Part shown: piece after piece, positions 9,544-19,902 of the stretch
Numbering within the stretch: position 1 is the stretch's first letter
Layout: each line of letters begins with the position of its first letter
Origin: Planctomycetota bacterium
GTDB lineage: Bacteria; Planctomycetota; UBA8108; SXIK01
Direction of reading: 5' to 3'
Assembly: GCA_965223265.1 (NCBI GenBank)
Contig: OZ244999.1
Coordinates: 8,640,001-8,704,000 of the forward strand
Length of the DNA: 64,000 bases
Position numbers and translations under genes: made by a program
The notes under the pieces: generated by a model
What the model saw: only the letters and a program-made list of their open reading frames with translations
Databases searched by the model: none
What the model was told of the DNA's origin: nothing

Positions 9544-12039
9544 CTAGAAACAGGTGGAGTCGCGGCAGATCCGAAGTCGATCTGGCGTTGGATCTTCGCC
9601 ACAACGAAAGAGGTCGGCGCTAAACGGGCGATCGACACCAGCGAAGAGAAAGTTCAAGATCGCGATCGCGTCAGCCGCGTTGACGATTCCATCGTCGTTG
9701 AAGTCTGCAGCGTCGGGGCATGCGGGTGCACGGCCCCCACGAAAGAGATGGTTCAGAACGAAGACTGCATCAGAGATGTCAGGCTTTCCGCCGGAGTCTG
9801 CGTCGCCGCGGCGAAAGAGCGGCCCCGGACTCGTTCCACGAATTCCGTGAAGCACTGAAATCGAGCGTGACCCGAAGTCTGCGGTTACAGCGTCGACGAC
9901 GTCGTCGCCATCGAAGAACCCGATCGCAATCGAACGCGGTGAGATTCCCACCGGGCGCTTTTCGATCTCGGCGGCGAAACCCCGCTCCAGCCCGCGGGCG
10001 ATCAATACGGCATCGATACCGCCAGCAAGAACGTCAAGGAAACCATCGCCGTCGACGTCTGCGACGGCCAGTGGATTCAGCTCGGTGCCGAAGTCGAGCT
10101 CGCGCGTCGCTGCTGGGTCAGGCTCGTCCGCGAGAGGGTCGTAGATCACGACGACCTTCGTGCGCTGGACCGCGACGAGGTCGTCACTGCCGCTACCATC
10201 GAGGTCAGCCAACGCGATGCTCGCCGCTGCGCGGAGCGCAGAGAGATTGTGAGCTCTCTCAAGGCCGCCGTTGCCGTCACCTCGTAAGATGGAGATCCCA
10301 CTCGATATCGCCGCCGCAGCGTCGAATGCGCCGTCACCGTCGGCGTCGCCGACGGCCAGGGAGATGGGTGGCTCCCCGATCGCGATCCGCGTCTTGGGCC
10401 CCATCTCGTGAATGCCTCGCTCTGAGAGAGGTCGAAGCACGAGTACCAGTTGGTCGGAGGCGAGGTCGCCAATCAACAGGTCGCTGTGCGCGTCGCTGTC
10501 GAAATCAGCGGCGGCGATCAGAGACGGAAGTGGGCTGCCGGGCACGGCGATCCACTGCTCCTCCACGGCTAGGGGATTACCTATGATGACTTCGCCGTGA
10601 GAGAGGTCACTCACTGCGATTTCGTCGACGCCGTCGCCGTCGAAATCGCCCGCGACCATTTCTTGAAACGCTCGACCCTGAAAGTGCGTCTCGTTCACGT
10701 CGTTTGACCCAGACGTCGCCAGGAGCGCTGTGGCACTGAGCGCGACGAATCTGTGCTCGCTTTTGTCTCTTTCTGCAAGGACCAACAAGGCGCGCGGCGG
10801 CTGTTTGAGCGGGACGACCGTGCGCGTCGCTAAGCGGCCGTTCGAAAGACCAGGTATGACACCGAGTGTTTCGAGCGTTCGCCATGTCGCCACCGTGTCC
10901 ACAATTCCATCGCGGTCCACGTCGTGACGAGACAGACTGGCCACCTCGTCGTCCAAGAAGATGTCACGCGGAGTGAACGAACCCGTGCCGCTGCCGAGAT
11001 GAACGCGCACGCCGTGATTGCCGAATCGCTGCAGTGGACTGATGATGTCGATCGTTCCGTTCGCGTCAAAATCATCGACGAGCAAAAAACCGGTGAAGAA
11101 GCCGGCCTTCGCTCCTGACGACGCGCCGACCGTCGCGACGTTGAACCCACGAGCCTCGCCGTTGTTCGTCAGCAGTAAGAGAGTGTCGTCACCTGTCAGC
11201 GTGACCAGATCGGGATGGCCATCGCGATTGAAATCTTCGGCGGCGACGATGCGCGGTACGACGGCAAAGCCGAGATCTGATCTCTCGGCGAGGTGGAACG
11301 TGCCGTCACCGCGGCCGTGAAAGCGACTGATGAAACCGTGATTATTGCTCTCTTCGCGGTGCGCCACGGCGACGTCGAGCAGGCCGTCGCTGTCGAAGTC
11401 ATGCAGCGCGAGCGAGTGGGGGTTGTCGCCGACCGAGACGCGCTCGACTCGACGAAGGCTCCCGCGACCGTTTCCCAGCAAGACGTCCATTGTGCTCGAA
11501 GCCAGGTTTGTGACGACGGCATCGAGCCAGCCGTCGCGATTGAAGTCGCCGAGCTCAATGAGTCTGGGGCTGGTGCCGACGTCGGTCGCTCCTGAAACCT
11601 CAAAGCTCCCATCACCGCGATTGAGGAGCGTCGTCACGTTGTCGGAGCCGCTGTTGACGACCAGCAAATCCGGTGAGCCATCGCTGTCCAAGTCGCCGCT
11701 TGCAACGCTGATCGGTCCAAGCCCAACGCCGTAGTCCACCGGGACTCCGAACAGTTTCTGCGAGGCGCCCAGGAACACCCGCGTCGCACCAGCCGCCTCC
11801 TGGGTTACGGCGACGTCGAGCCAGCCGTCGAGGTTAAAGTCATCCACGACGTGCGTAGCAGCCGGTTCGGTCAGCTCGAAAGACTGCGTTCCCTGGAAGA
11901 GATTCTGCGCTTGAGTCTTGCCGACGCGACCGCAGATGATGCCAAGAACGATGAGCGATGCCAGGGTCACGAAACAACCGTGCCGCTCAGTTCGACGATA
12001 GAGTGTGCGCCGATCCGACGCGAGGAAGCGACGGAGCAT
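9544..12039 (-). CDS. Exported FG-GAP/VCBS-repeat protein with C-terminal dockerin-like domain
   Basis: Many DxDxDGxxD repeats (GDLDSDGSPDL, GDFNRDGWLDA, ADVDGDGFLDV); hydrophobic N-terminus; C-terminal FRRGDADSGGKPDISDAVFVLNHLF. Start set to ATG 12039 behind a GGAGG SD. Confidence 0.88.
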   Translation of the reverse strand: MLRRFLASDRRTLYRRTERHGCFVTLASLIVLGIICGRVGKTQAQNLFQGTQSFELTEPAATHVVDDFNLDGWLDVAVTQEAAGATRVFLGASQKLFGVPVDYGVGLGPISVASGDLDSDGSPDLLVVNSGSDNVTTLLNRGDGSFEVSGATDVGTSPRLIELGDFNRDGWLDAVVTNLASSTMDVLLGNGRGSLRRVERVSVGDNPHSLALHDFDSDGLLDVAVAHREESNNHGFISRFHGRGDGTFHLAERSDLGFAVVPRIVAAEDFNRDGHPDLVTLTGDDTLLLLTNNGEARGFNVATVGASSGAKAGFFTGFLLVDDFDANGTIDIISPLQRFGNHGVRVHLGSGTGSFTPRDIFLDDEVASLSRHDVDRDGIVDTVATWRTLETLGVIPGLSNGRLATRTVVPLKQPPRALLVLAERDKSEHRFVALSATALLATSGSNDVNETHFQGRAFQEMVAGDFDGDGVDEIAVSDLSHGEVIIGNPLAVEEQWIAVPGSPLPSLIAAADFDSDAHSDLLIGDLASDQLVLVLRPLSERGIHEMGPKTRIAIGEPPISLAVGDADGDGAFDAAAAISSGISILRGDGNGGLERAHNLSALRAAASIALADLDGSGSDDLVAVQRTKVVVIYDPLADEPDPAATRELDFGTELNPLAVADVDGDGFLDVLAGGIDAVLIARGLERGFAAEIEKRPVGISPRSIAIGFFDGDDVVDAVTADFGSRSISVLHGIRGTSPGPLFRRGDADSGGKPDISDAVFVLNHLFRGGRAPACPDAADFNDDGIVNAADAIAILNFLFAGVDRPFSADLFRCGEDPTPDRLRICRDSTCF

Positions 12040-12457
12040 AGTTCCTCCCGATGGTTTGCACCCGGCGCTCGACACGTTCCGCAGGTCAACTCACCGCGCC
12101 CATCTTATAGCTGGATCCGCACCGACGCTATCTGCGCTCGTGAAACCGTGCGATCGACGAAGCCGATCGAATGCAGCCGGGTTCACTAAAGAGACTCGCG
12201 GCGGCCGAAGTTTCTTCCCGAGAAGTCAGGTGAGAGGAGCGAATGCGCCGAAAGCGACTCGCTGTCGTGAGTCCCTCGGGTGCGGCGTGCGTCTGTCAGC
12301 AGCGCTGTTGGGCTTCGTCGACGATTCGCACTAAGCTCTAGGGTCGATCCTTTCCCGCACGGGTTCGGGGATCGGACCCGCGGAGAGAGGATCGATGAGG
12401 TTTCTGAGCGCCGAAACTCCAGACGGCTCAATTTGCGTCAGTCGTTAGTTTCGCAGC

Positions 12458-15400
12458 TTACTCGTCCGGCCTAATCACGATCGTTGGCTCACCATTCTCG
12501 TTGCGATTCTTGGCAAGATCGTGGAGCTGCGTGAGCGCTTGGTCGAGCGCGGCGACCGCGATGTCGCCGGGAATCGTGTCTCCACCAAAGAAGTACTCCC
12601 ATACGAATGCCGCCGCCGCCCCCGGCGACGAAAGCACCGCGGCTACCACGGGGTCGTCGTTGTCGACGATCTTCAGAAGTGCGGTCGCCGCGCCTTGCCA
12701 GGTCAGTGTCACGACGAAGCCGTAGTAGGGGATTGCCGCAACCGCACCGTCGACGGCTGCGGCGCCTGCTTGCTCGAAGTGAAGGCGTCGCGTCAGCGGG
12801 TTGTTCGCGCCAGCCGCTTGGTGGAGATAGTAGCCCGCCTCGATGGCGCCGACGGCCAGGGCCGCTACGGCGCCGGCTTTGGTCGGACGCCCGCGCATGG
12901 CGGCGCGGAGTTCGTACACCTCACCACCGAGGTCGATGAGAGTCGTTGCGAGCATGACGATCGCCTTCACCTCATCGCCATCTCGGTACGCGATCCAGGC
13001 TTCGCGCGCGCCGATGACGGCTTTGCCGGCAGCTGCTACTCCCTCGAGCTTGTCCATGATCCTAAGGCGTCGTCGCGAGCCGTGTAAGATTTCGGAATCG
13101 TTCGTGTCCGCCACCACTTCGACGCGCGTCGTCACCCGCCGGGTCTCGAATCGGGCCGGCTCGTCGAAGCTGTTTTTGATCATGACGTCGACGTCTTCGT
13201 ACTCGCTAATTCGATAGACGTACCCACCGCTTCCGTCGCGCAGTTTGTCGACTTCAACGATCGGCGTCGGCCGGGGCCACTCGTGCCACAGGCGCTCGTA
13301 GCGCTGCTTTGCGGTCGCCGTCCACTCGATGAACTGGGCGGTCGTGTCGGGCACCGCGTCCCACTTTGCCGCCAGGCTTCCGGTGGAATCGAGCTGATTG
13401 AGCCAGTGACTGGTCGCTTGCTTGAACGTGCGCACGTCATTGCCGTTGCCGTCAATGGTCTCGACGTACCACGTGCAGTCTCCGGTCTCGGTGCAGCTGA
13501 TTTGTTCCTCGATGATTTGGGCGACGTCGCCGTCCCGTGTTGAGACGATCAGGATCGCGTCGACAGCCTCCGTAGTGAGGGCAGTCGGGTCGACGCTGGC
13601 GGTTGGGTTATCGAGTCGGTTGACGACGTGAACTGTGGTTCCGTCTTCACTCATCCAGTTGCCATTCGGCAGCGTGCCGAGCTGCTCTGGGAGGACGCTG
13701 AGAAGGTGGTCGATGTCGCGATCCATTTTCGCCACCAGACTGGTCGCGGCGATGGGGATTTCATGGACGAAAGCTGCAACCGAGAGGTCGCTAGGATCAA
13801 TGGACGTCCGCTGGTTGATTCCACCGCTGACGTAGACCCAAAGCGGTGACAGGTAGAGCCAAGCCGTGCGAGCGTCACCGTCGGCGGTTGTGGCTTCCAT
13901 CGTCGCTTCGCTCGCTGGAAGGCGGATCTTCACCTCGTAGGCGTTGTCGCCGATCTCGCTCGCCAAGGCGACTGCGGTGTGGAGGTGATCGCCGTTCAGC
14001 ATGTCGCTACTAGCGAAGAAACTCGCCTGAAACGCGGGTCGTTTGAAGGTGGCGCCAGTGCGGAAGCCAAGATCGGCCTCGGGGTCGATTGCGAACTGAA
14101 TCACATACGTGTTTTCGGTGTCGAGCGCGACGCGAACCGGTGCGAAGTGAAACCGGTAGGGTGTCCCAAAGGCATCTTCAATTTCAGTGGCAGTCACATT
14201 CGTCAATCGGACGTTGTATTTGTGAAATCGATTGGTGTAGTCGATGCGGTATTCCTTCTGGTGAAAGCAGTCGTAGTTGGTGTAGTACGGTGCCGCCGCA
14301 CTCGAGGTCCAGCTGCCATCCCTCGTTGCGGTGTAGGCGGAGTACGGCGTGTCCGATGAAATGAGATCGTTGATCTCGGCGACGATTTTTGACTCCGTGA
14401 CGTCGCTTTCCTGGACGGCATCGTTGTCCGAGGACCTCCAATCGACACCCTCGTAGCCGCACGTGATGGTGTAGTCGTGCTTGACCACCTCGGCTTCACC
14501 GGTGAGTGAGCCGACGAGATAGGTCTGTTGAAAGTTCAGGAATCCCGCCGGGTGAACGGTCTCCCAAAACCCTGATTCGTCAGCGGCGGTGTAGCGCACT
14601 GTCGGCGATCGGTCGACTCCATCGAGGACACCGTCACCGTCGCTGTCTGGATCGGTGGGGTCCGTGCCTAGGGCGAGCTCTCGACCGTCGAAGGCGCCGT
14701 CGTCGTCGCTGTCGCGATCGAGGATGTTCACGTCGCCGTCGCCGTCGCTATCGGCGAAGGGGTCCGTCCAGCCGTTCAGTTCGTCGAGGTCAGCCCAACC
14801 GTCCAAGTCGGAATCATCAAGGCGCGGATTGAGCCCGTACGATTCTTCGTCGAGGTCGCTGATGCCGTCAGCATCGTCATCGTCGTCGCTGTCCGCGTTG
14901 TCGCCTGTGCCATCTGCATCCGTGTCCCACCACTCGTTCGGATCGTCGGGGAAGGCGTCTGGTGAATTGCCATTGGCATTGTCGCCGTAGCCATCACCGT
15001 CACGGTCGTCGTGCTGGGTCGCGTCTAGTTGAAAAGCATCTTCGGTGTCGAGGAAGCCATCGCCATCGTCGTCGTCATCTTCGTGATTGACGATGCCGTC
15101 GCCATCCGTGTCCCCGATGAGAACGGCGATCACAGTGTTGGAGCGTGCCTCGATGAGTTCTCCGGTTTGGGGGTGTCGGTAAGTGACTTCGAGATAGACC
15201 GGGAGGTCACCTTCGCGTTGATAGAGGTGGATGACGTCAGCAGCGACTTCAGCCGTCTCTCCGTCGCCGAAGTGCCAGATCGCGCTCTCGATCGGCCAAT
15301 CGACGCCCCAACGCACGCGGCATGTCACCACGGCGGGAGGCTCGATGAAGTCGTTCTCCACCCAAATTCGCGGCGCTGTGCCATCGACACTGAAGTTGCT

Positions 15401-17659
15401 GTCGTAGTTGAACCAGCCGCCGTTGACACTGTTCTGTCCGAGTGCCCAGCCGCTAGCGTAGACGATGCGGTAGGCGATGTCGTTCTCCGTGAGGACGCCA
15501 TGGCTCGAGAGAGTCGCCCATTCGAAGACCACCGTACGCACGGCGCCGCTGACGTGACTTTCGCCCCCGAGCGTGCCGATGTATTCGTTGCCGCTGTCCG
15601 CAATGTCTGGCTGCTTGTAGAAACCCGCGTTCTTATCCCAAACGAGAAGACCACGGTGTCGCGCCGGGTCGTCGGAGCCGTCGCGAAGGTTAATCCAAAT
15701 GAGAACCTGTTGGACGGCTTGGTCGGGGTCGGGGAATCGGAGGCTAAACTGTTGCCTGTCGATGGAGTCGCTCGAAATGACCTCTTGTGCGTGCCAGGCG
15801 TCGACGCCGTTAGGAAACTCGCTCACGTTGACCGTGACACGGTCGGTCGTGCGCTCGCCGTCGTCATCGACCGCGACGAGTGAGACCGTATAGCGCCCGG
15901 AGGTCGGAAAGTACGTCTCGAGGGTCTGGATTCCCTCAAAGCTGCGCCCATCACCAAGCTCCCAGCGTCTGAGGACGAGGTGCCCGTCGTCGTCACGCAG
16001 CGTCGCTGGCAGCGAGAAGAGCTCTCCCTGAGCGACGTGGATCTCGTCCGCCGCGTCGATCGTCGCGATGGGTGGCTCGTTGGGGCCGGGAACACCAACA
16101 CCAAAGGTGGCACGGGCGAAGCCGTAGGACGTTCGGCCTTCCGCGCCGTATGAGATGGGGCGGAAGTGGACGGTGTGGAGCCGGTCGTTGGCGAACGAGC
16201 CGCTGACCTTTTTCCAACCGCCGCCGCAGCCGGTGTACTCGTCGGTGGCCGTCGTTTCGAACGTGCCGTTACCGTCGAGGTCGAACTCCCACGCATTCGC
16301 ATTCCCCGTTCCGCTCCTGGCATAGAGGGTGAGAGCGGCTGAGCCGCCGGCGCCGTTCGCGATGCTCGCACCATCGAGGAGCGCGCAGTCTTTGTCTGGG
16401 TTGACGTAGAAAATACCCGACGCCAGTGGGCAATCGCCGCCTTGCAGCACCACGGTCGTCGACCATTCGTCTGTGGCCCCGTCCTCGTCGGCAACCATGA
16501 TGCGGACGTCGTAGTTGCCGCAGCCGGGGTAGTCGTGCACCCAGACCTTGCGACCGGCGTAGTTGCACTGGGCGTTGGCGGCGAACGTACCGTCGCCGAA
16601 GTCGATGGAATAGGAAACAACTTCGCCGTCCGGATCAGTGGCCGAGACGAAGAATCCCATGGTGTATGCAGTCTTTGGGCGGCCCGTACACCAATTCGTC
16701 GCCAGAGGCACCTGGGTGCCAGTGCGATGGTCCGTGAAAATCCGAGGCGGTTGATTCTCACTGACGGTGATCGTTGTGACTTCGGTTGAATCGGCACCGT
16801 CAGTGTCAGTAACGCGTAGGCCGATGCTGAAGGAGCCGAGAACGAGATCGTTGAGACGGAGTGTGGGGCCTGTCGCGTCGTCGTAGCCGCCGTCGGCGTC
16901 GAGGTCCCACTCGTAGAGGGCGATGTCATCGCCTGGATCGCTCGACGACGAGGCGTCGAGAGCGAGATCTTCACCTTCTTTGACCGAGTACGGTCCACCC
17001 GCGTCGGCGGTCGGTGCGACGTTGTGCAAAGTGATCGTCGCCGTGTCAGTGTCGATGCCGAGGCGTGCATCGATGACTTTCAGACCGACGGTGACCCGTC
17101 CCGATTCATTGCTCGTGTAGAGCACGGTCGGACCGAAGCCATCGTCGTACTCGCCATCACCATCCAGGTCCCAGCGAAACGAGAGCGCGTCGCCGTCCGG
17201 ATCGCTCGACGCGGACCCATCGAGAATGATCCCACCACCTTCGTCGATCTGGTAAGTTCCACCAGCATCCGCAACGGGATCCTCGTTCTCTGCGATGATC
17301 GCTTCGCAGCGCTCGAACGAAGTGCAGCTCAGAAAGTCAGCGGTCGGGTCCTCGCCACAGTTAGGAAACGGTGCGGGTGGCTCCGAATCGCCGACGAAGA
17401 GATAGAGCAGGGTGTACATCGGGTCGGAGATGTCCATGGTCCCGTCGTCGTTGCTGTCGCCCGCGGCGAGACAGGTAGGCTCAGTTCCGCCCTCGGTGAA
17501 CAGATACTCCAAACTGAAGATGGCGTCGGAGATGTCGACTGCCCCATCGACGTTGACGTCGCTGCGAACGAACTGACTCTGCGCGCCCATGTCGGTGCCA
17601 ACTAAGAAGAGGACGAGAAGCGTGAGCGTGAAGGCGAATCGGTGTAGACTGGTGGCCAT
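12458..17659 (-). CDS. Large exported protein: N-terminal dockerin-like domain, several PKD domains, Ca-binding (TSP3-like) repeats, unknown C-terminal region with hydrophobic helices
   Basis: Signal peptide MATSLHRFAFTLTLLVLFLVG; FVRSDVNVDGAVDISDAIFSLEYLF; PKD motifs PVADAGG...LDGSASSDPDGD...WDLDGDG and WHFGDG; DxDGDG repeats. Start ATG 17659 behind GGGGGA. Confidence 0.85.
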   Translation of the reverse strand: MATSLHRFAFTLTLLVLFLVGTDMGAQSQFVRSDVNVDGAVDISDAIFSLEYLFTEGGTEPTCLAAGDSNDDGTMDISDPMYTLLYLFVGDSEPPAPFPNCGEDPTADFLSCTSFERCEAIIAENEDPVADAGGTYQIDEGGGIILDGSASSDPDGDALSFRWDLDGDGEYDDGFGPTVLYTSNESGRVTVGLKVIDARLGIDTDTATITLHNVAPTADAGGPYSVKEGEDLALDASSSSDPGDDIALYEWDLDADGGYDDATGPTLRLNDLVLGSFSIGLRVTDTDGADSTEVTTITVSENQPPRIFTDHRTGTQVPLATNWCTGRPKTAYTMGFFVSATDPDGEVVSYSIDFGDGTFAANAQCNYAGRKVWVHDYPGCGNYDVRIMVADEDGATDEWSTTVVLQGGDCPLASGIFYVNPDKDCALLDGASIANGAGGSAALTLYARSGTGNANAWEFDLDGNGTFETTATDEYTGCGGGWKKVSGSFANDRLHTVHFRPISYGAEGRTSYGFARATFGVGVPGPNEPPIATIDAADEIHVAQGELFSLPATLRDDDGHLVLRRWELGDGRSFEGIQTLETYFPTSGRYTVSLVAVDDDGERTTDRVTVNVSEFPNGVDAWHAQEVISSDSIDRQQFSLRFPDPDQAVQQVLIWINLRDGSDDPARHRGLLVWDKNAGFYKQPDIADSGNEYIGTLGGESHVSGAVRTVVFEWATLSSHGVLTENDIAYRIVYASGWALGQNSVNGGWFNYDSNFSVDGTAPRIWVENDFIEPPAVVTCRVRWGVDWPIESAIWHFGDGETAEVAADVIHLYQREGDLPVYLEVTYRHPQTGELIEARSNTVIAVLIGDTDGDGIVNHEDDDDDGDGFLDTEDAFQLDATQHDDRDGDGYGDNANGNSPDAFPDDPNEWWDTDADGTGDNADSDDDDDADGISDLDEESYGLNPRLDDSDLDGWADLDELNGWTDPFADSDGDGDVNILDRDSDDDGAFDGRELALGTDPTDPDSDGDGVLDGVDRSPTVRYTAADESGFWETVHPAGFLNFQQTYLVGSLTGEAEVVKHDYTITCGYEGVDWRSSDNDAVQESDVTESKIVAEINDLISSDTPYSAYTATRDGSWTSSAAAPYYTNYDCFHQKEYRIDYTNRFHKYNVRLTNVTATEIEDAFGTPYRFHFAPVRVALDTENTYVIQFAIDPEADLGFRTGATFKRPAFQASFFASSDMLNGDHLHTAVALASEIGDNAYEVKIRLPASEATMEATTADGDARTAWLYLSPLWVYVSGGINQRTSIDPSDLSVAAFVHEIPIAATSLVAKMDRDIDHLLSVLPEQLGTLPNGNWMSEDGTTVHVVNRLDNPTASVDPTALTTEAVDAILIVSTRDGDVAQIIEEQISCTETGDCTWYVETIDGNGNDVRTFKQATSHWLNQLDSTGSLAAKWDAVPDTTAQFIEWTATAKQRYERLWHEWPRPTPIVEVDKLRDGSGGYVYRISEYEDVDVMIKNSFDEPARFETRRVTTRVEVVADTNDSEILHGSRRRLRIMDKLEGVAAAGKAVIGAREAWIAYRDGDEVKAIVMLATTLIDLGGEVYELRAAMRGRPTKAGAVAALAVGAIEAGYYLHQAAGANNPLTRRLHFEQAGAAAVDGAVAAIPYYGFVVTLTWQGAATALLKIVDNDDPVVAAVLSSPGAAAAFVWEYFFGGDTIPGDIAVAALDQALTQLHDLAKNRNENGEPTIVIRPDE

Positions 17660-17801
17660 TGTTCGTTCCCCCGTGCTGTCATGTGCGTTTGTGCTGATAC
17701 GGGATGGAACGTCATCGAGGAGAGATTCTGCCCCTGGCGTTCGCCGCTCGCGTTTTCCCCACGACGAACGATCCACACAGCTGTAGGAGTTAGAACAGCT
17801 T

Positions 17802-18380
17802 ATGTCTATGAACCCCGGAGACGCGGACGAGACGACGAAGCGCGCAAAGCTCGGCGTCGTGACGGTCTCAGACCGCGCCAGCCGCGGCGAGTACGAGGAC
17901 CGTGGCGGGCCCGCGATCCGTGCCTATCTCGAGGATGTGCTGACGTCCGCTTGGGAGCCCGTGGTGCGGGTTGTGGCCGACGAGTGTGCCCTGCTTGAGG
18001 CGACGCTCAAAGAACTCTGCGACGTCGAACGCTGCGCGCTGGTGGTGACGACGGGTGGCACGGGTCCGGCGGCGCGAGACATTACGCCTGAGGTGACCGA
18101 GACGGTCTGCGACAAGCTGATGCCGGGATTCGGCGAGCTCATGCGTAAGGTCTCGCTCGAGAAAGTTCCGACCGCGATTCTCTCGCGACAGACGGCCGGC
18201 ATCCGTGGCCGCTCTCTGATCGTCAACCTGCCAGGTCAACCCAAGGCGATCGCCGAGTGTCTCGATGCAGTGTTTCCTGCGATTCCATACTGCGTCGATT
18301 TGATCGGCGGACCGTATTTGACGACGGATGAGTCAAGGATCGTCGCCTTTCGTCCACAGAAGAAGAAATCTCACCGCTAG
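17802..18380 (+). CDS. mog: Molybdopterin adenylyltransferase
   Basis: VTVSDRASRGEYEDRGGP, TTGGTGPAARDITPE, MPGFGE, AILSRQTAGIRG, NLPGQPKAI, VFPAIPYCVDLIGGP. Confidence 0.93.
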   Translation: MSMNPGDADETTKRAKLGVVTVSDRASRGEYEDRGGPAIRAYLEDVLTSAWEPVVRVVADECALLEATLKELCDVERCALVVTTGGTGPAARDITPEVTETVCDKLMPGFGELMRKVSLEKVPTAILSRQTAGIRGRSLIVNLPGQPKAIAECLDAVFPAIPYCVDLIGGPYLTTDESRIVAFRPQKKKSHR

Positions 18381-18413
18381 TCGAACAACTGCTGCACCGC
18401 GAAGGAGCTTACC

Positions 18414-19868
18414 ATGAAACGCATTCGAATGTACTGCTGCCATCCGATGGCTTCAACGATCCTCGTGACCGCTATCGTTTCTTGCGTCACGGCGTCCGTC
18501 TTGCACGCTCAAGTTCAGCCCGAGCCACGGCCGCTGTTCATCGAAGGCTACACGGATCAAGTGAGTTATGCGCCGGGGGACGAGGTCGCGTTTCACATCT
18601 CGACGACCGCAGCGAAATACACCCTCGAGATTTCACGACTCTCACATCAGAACGAGATCGTCCTCACTGAGGAGGATCTTCCCGGCGCTGAATACCCCGC
18701 ACCCATCAACGCTTCGTCACACGGCTGTGGCTGGCCGGTCGCCCATCGAGTGCGGATTCCGCCTGATTGGAAGAGCGGTTACTACAACGTCCGGTTACGC
18801 GTTGAGGATCGAGGCGGACGGTACGTGCAAGTGAATCGACGCACAGCGGAGGTCAACGCTTTCTTCGTTCTTCGCTCTAGTGCCCCAGGGCGCGATACCA
18901 AAATCTTGATCCAACTCGCCACTCACACCTACAACGCCTACAACAAGTGGGGCGGTCACAGCTTCTATGGCTACCACGCACGCAACAACCTGCAGGGACA
19001 TCGGATCTCGTACAACCGGCCACTGCGGGGTCTCTTCCGCAACTGGGAGCTGCAGTTTGTCGCTTGGGCCGAGAAGAACGGGTACACGCTCGACTACGCC
19101 TGCAACGGTGATCTCGAATCGCGTCCCGAAATCCTTAAACCTTACCGCCTAGTCTTGAGCGTCGGTCACGATGAGTACTGGTCGGCGAAGATGCGCGACC
19201 ATCTCGAATCTTTCATTGGAGCTGGCGGCAACGTAGCGTTCTTCAGCGGTAACTCCGTATGCTGGCAGGTGCGCACTGAGGAGGACGGCCGCGCGCTCGT
19301 GTCGTACAAACAGTGGTACAACCAAGATCCAGTTTACAAGACGGACGACCACAGATTGCTTTCAACGGCGTGGAGCCATCACCTCGTTGCACGGCCTGAG
19401 AACCAGCTCACCGGCGTCGGGTTCCTCTTCGGTGGTTATCACCTGAGCCACGGGCAGTTCATGGATGGTTCCGGCGCGTTCACAGTCCATCGTCCGCAGC
19501 ATTGGATCTTCGAAGGCACGAACCTCGAGCGTGACGATACCTTTGGCGGCAAGCATACGATCGTCGGCTACGAGTGCGATGGCTGCGAGTTTCGTCTTGA
19601 GGACGGACTGCCGGTGCCGACCCATCGCGACGGCACGCCCAAGACGTTCACGATTCTGGCGACAGCGCCGGCGCGATGGCATCCGGATGACTCTTGGTGG
19701 TACGAGCGTTGGGATCGCGACCGCATTGGTGCGGCCGTGCTTGGCGTCTACACGCGTGGCGGCACGGTGTTCACGGCCGGCACGACGGACTGGTCACACG
19801 GCCTTGAGGGCAACGACCCAACGGTGGTGCGGATCACGCGCAACATCTTGGATCGACTGTCGCGTTGA
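18414..19868 (+). CDS. Exported N,N-dimethylformamidase beta-subunit-like (DUF6605-type) protein
   Basis: Signal peptide; IEGYTDQVSYAPGD, TYNAYNKWGGHSFY, LSVGHDEYWS, GGNVAFFSGN, IVGYECDG, GTVFTAGTTDW. Confidence 0.78.
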   Translation: MKRIRMYCCHPMASTILVTAIVSCVTASVLHAQVQPEPRPLFIEGYTDQVSYAPGDEVAFHISTTAAKYTLEISRLSHQNEIVLTEEDLPGAEYPAPINASSHGCGWPVAHRVRIPPDWKSGYYNVRLRVEDRGGRYVQVNRRTAEVNAFFVLRSSAPGRDTKILIQLATHTYNAYNKWGGHSFYGYHARNNLQGHRISYNRPLRGLFRNWELQFVAWAEKNGYTLDYACNGDLESRPEILKPYRLVLSVGHDEYWSAKMRDHLESFIGAGGNVAFFSGNSVCWQVRTEEDGRALVSYKQWYNQDPVYKTDDHRLLSTAWSHHLVARPENQLTGVGFLFGGYHLSHGQFMDGSGAFTVHRPQHWIFEGTNLERDDTFGGKHTIVGYECDGCEFRLEDGLPVPTHRDGTPKTFTILATAPARWHPDDSWWYERWDRDRIGAAVLGVYTRGGTVFTAGTTDWSHGLEGNDPTVVRITRNILDRLSR

Positions 19869-19902
19869 ATTCGGTCGATCGGCCTTTGGCTGGTGACGCT
19901 TT

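Noticed and set aside
14600-15120. Repetitive GTCGTC/CCGTC-rich DNA
   Set aside because: Explained by the encoded DxDGDG Ca-binding repeats of the giant protein.
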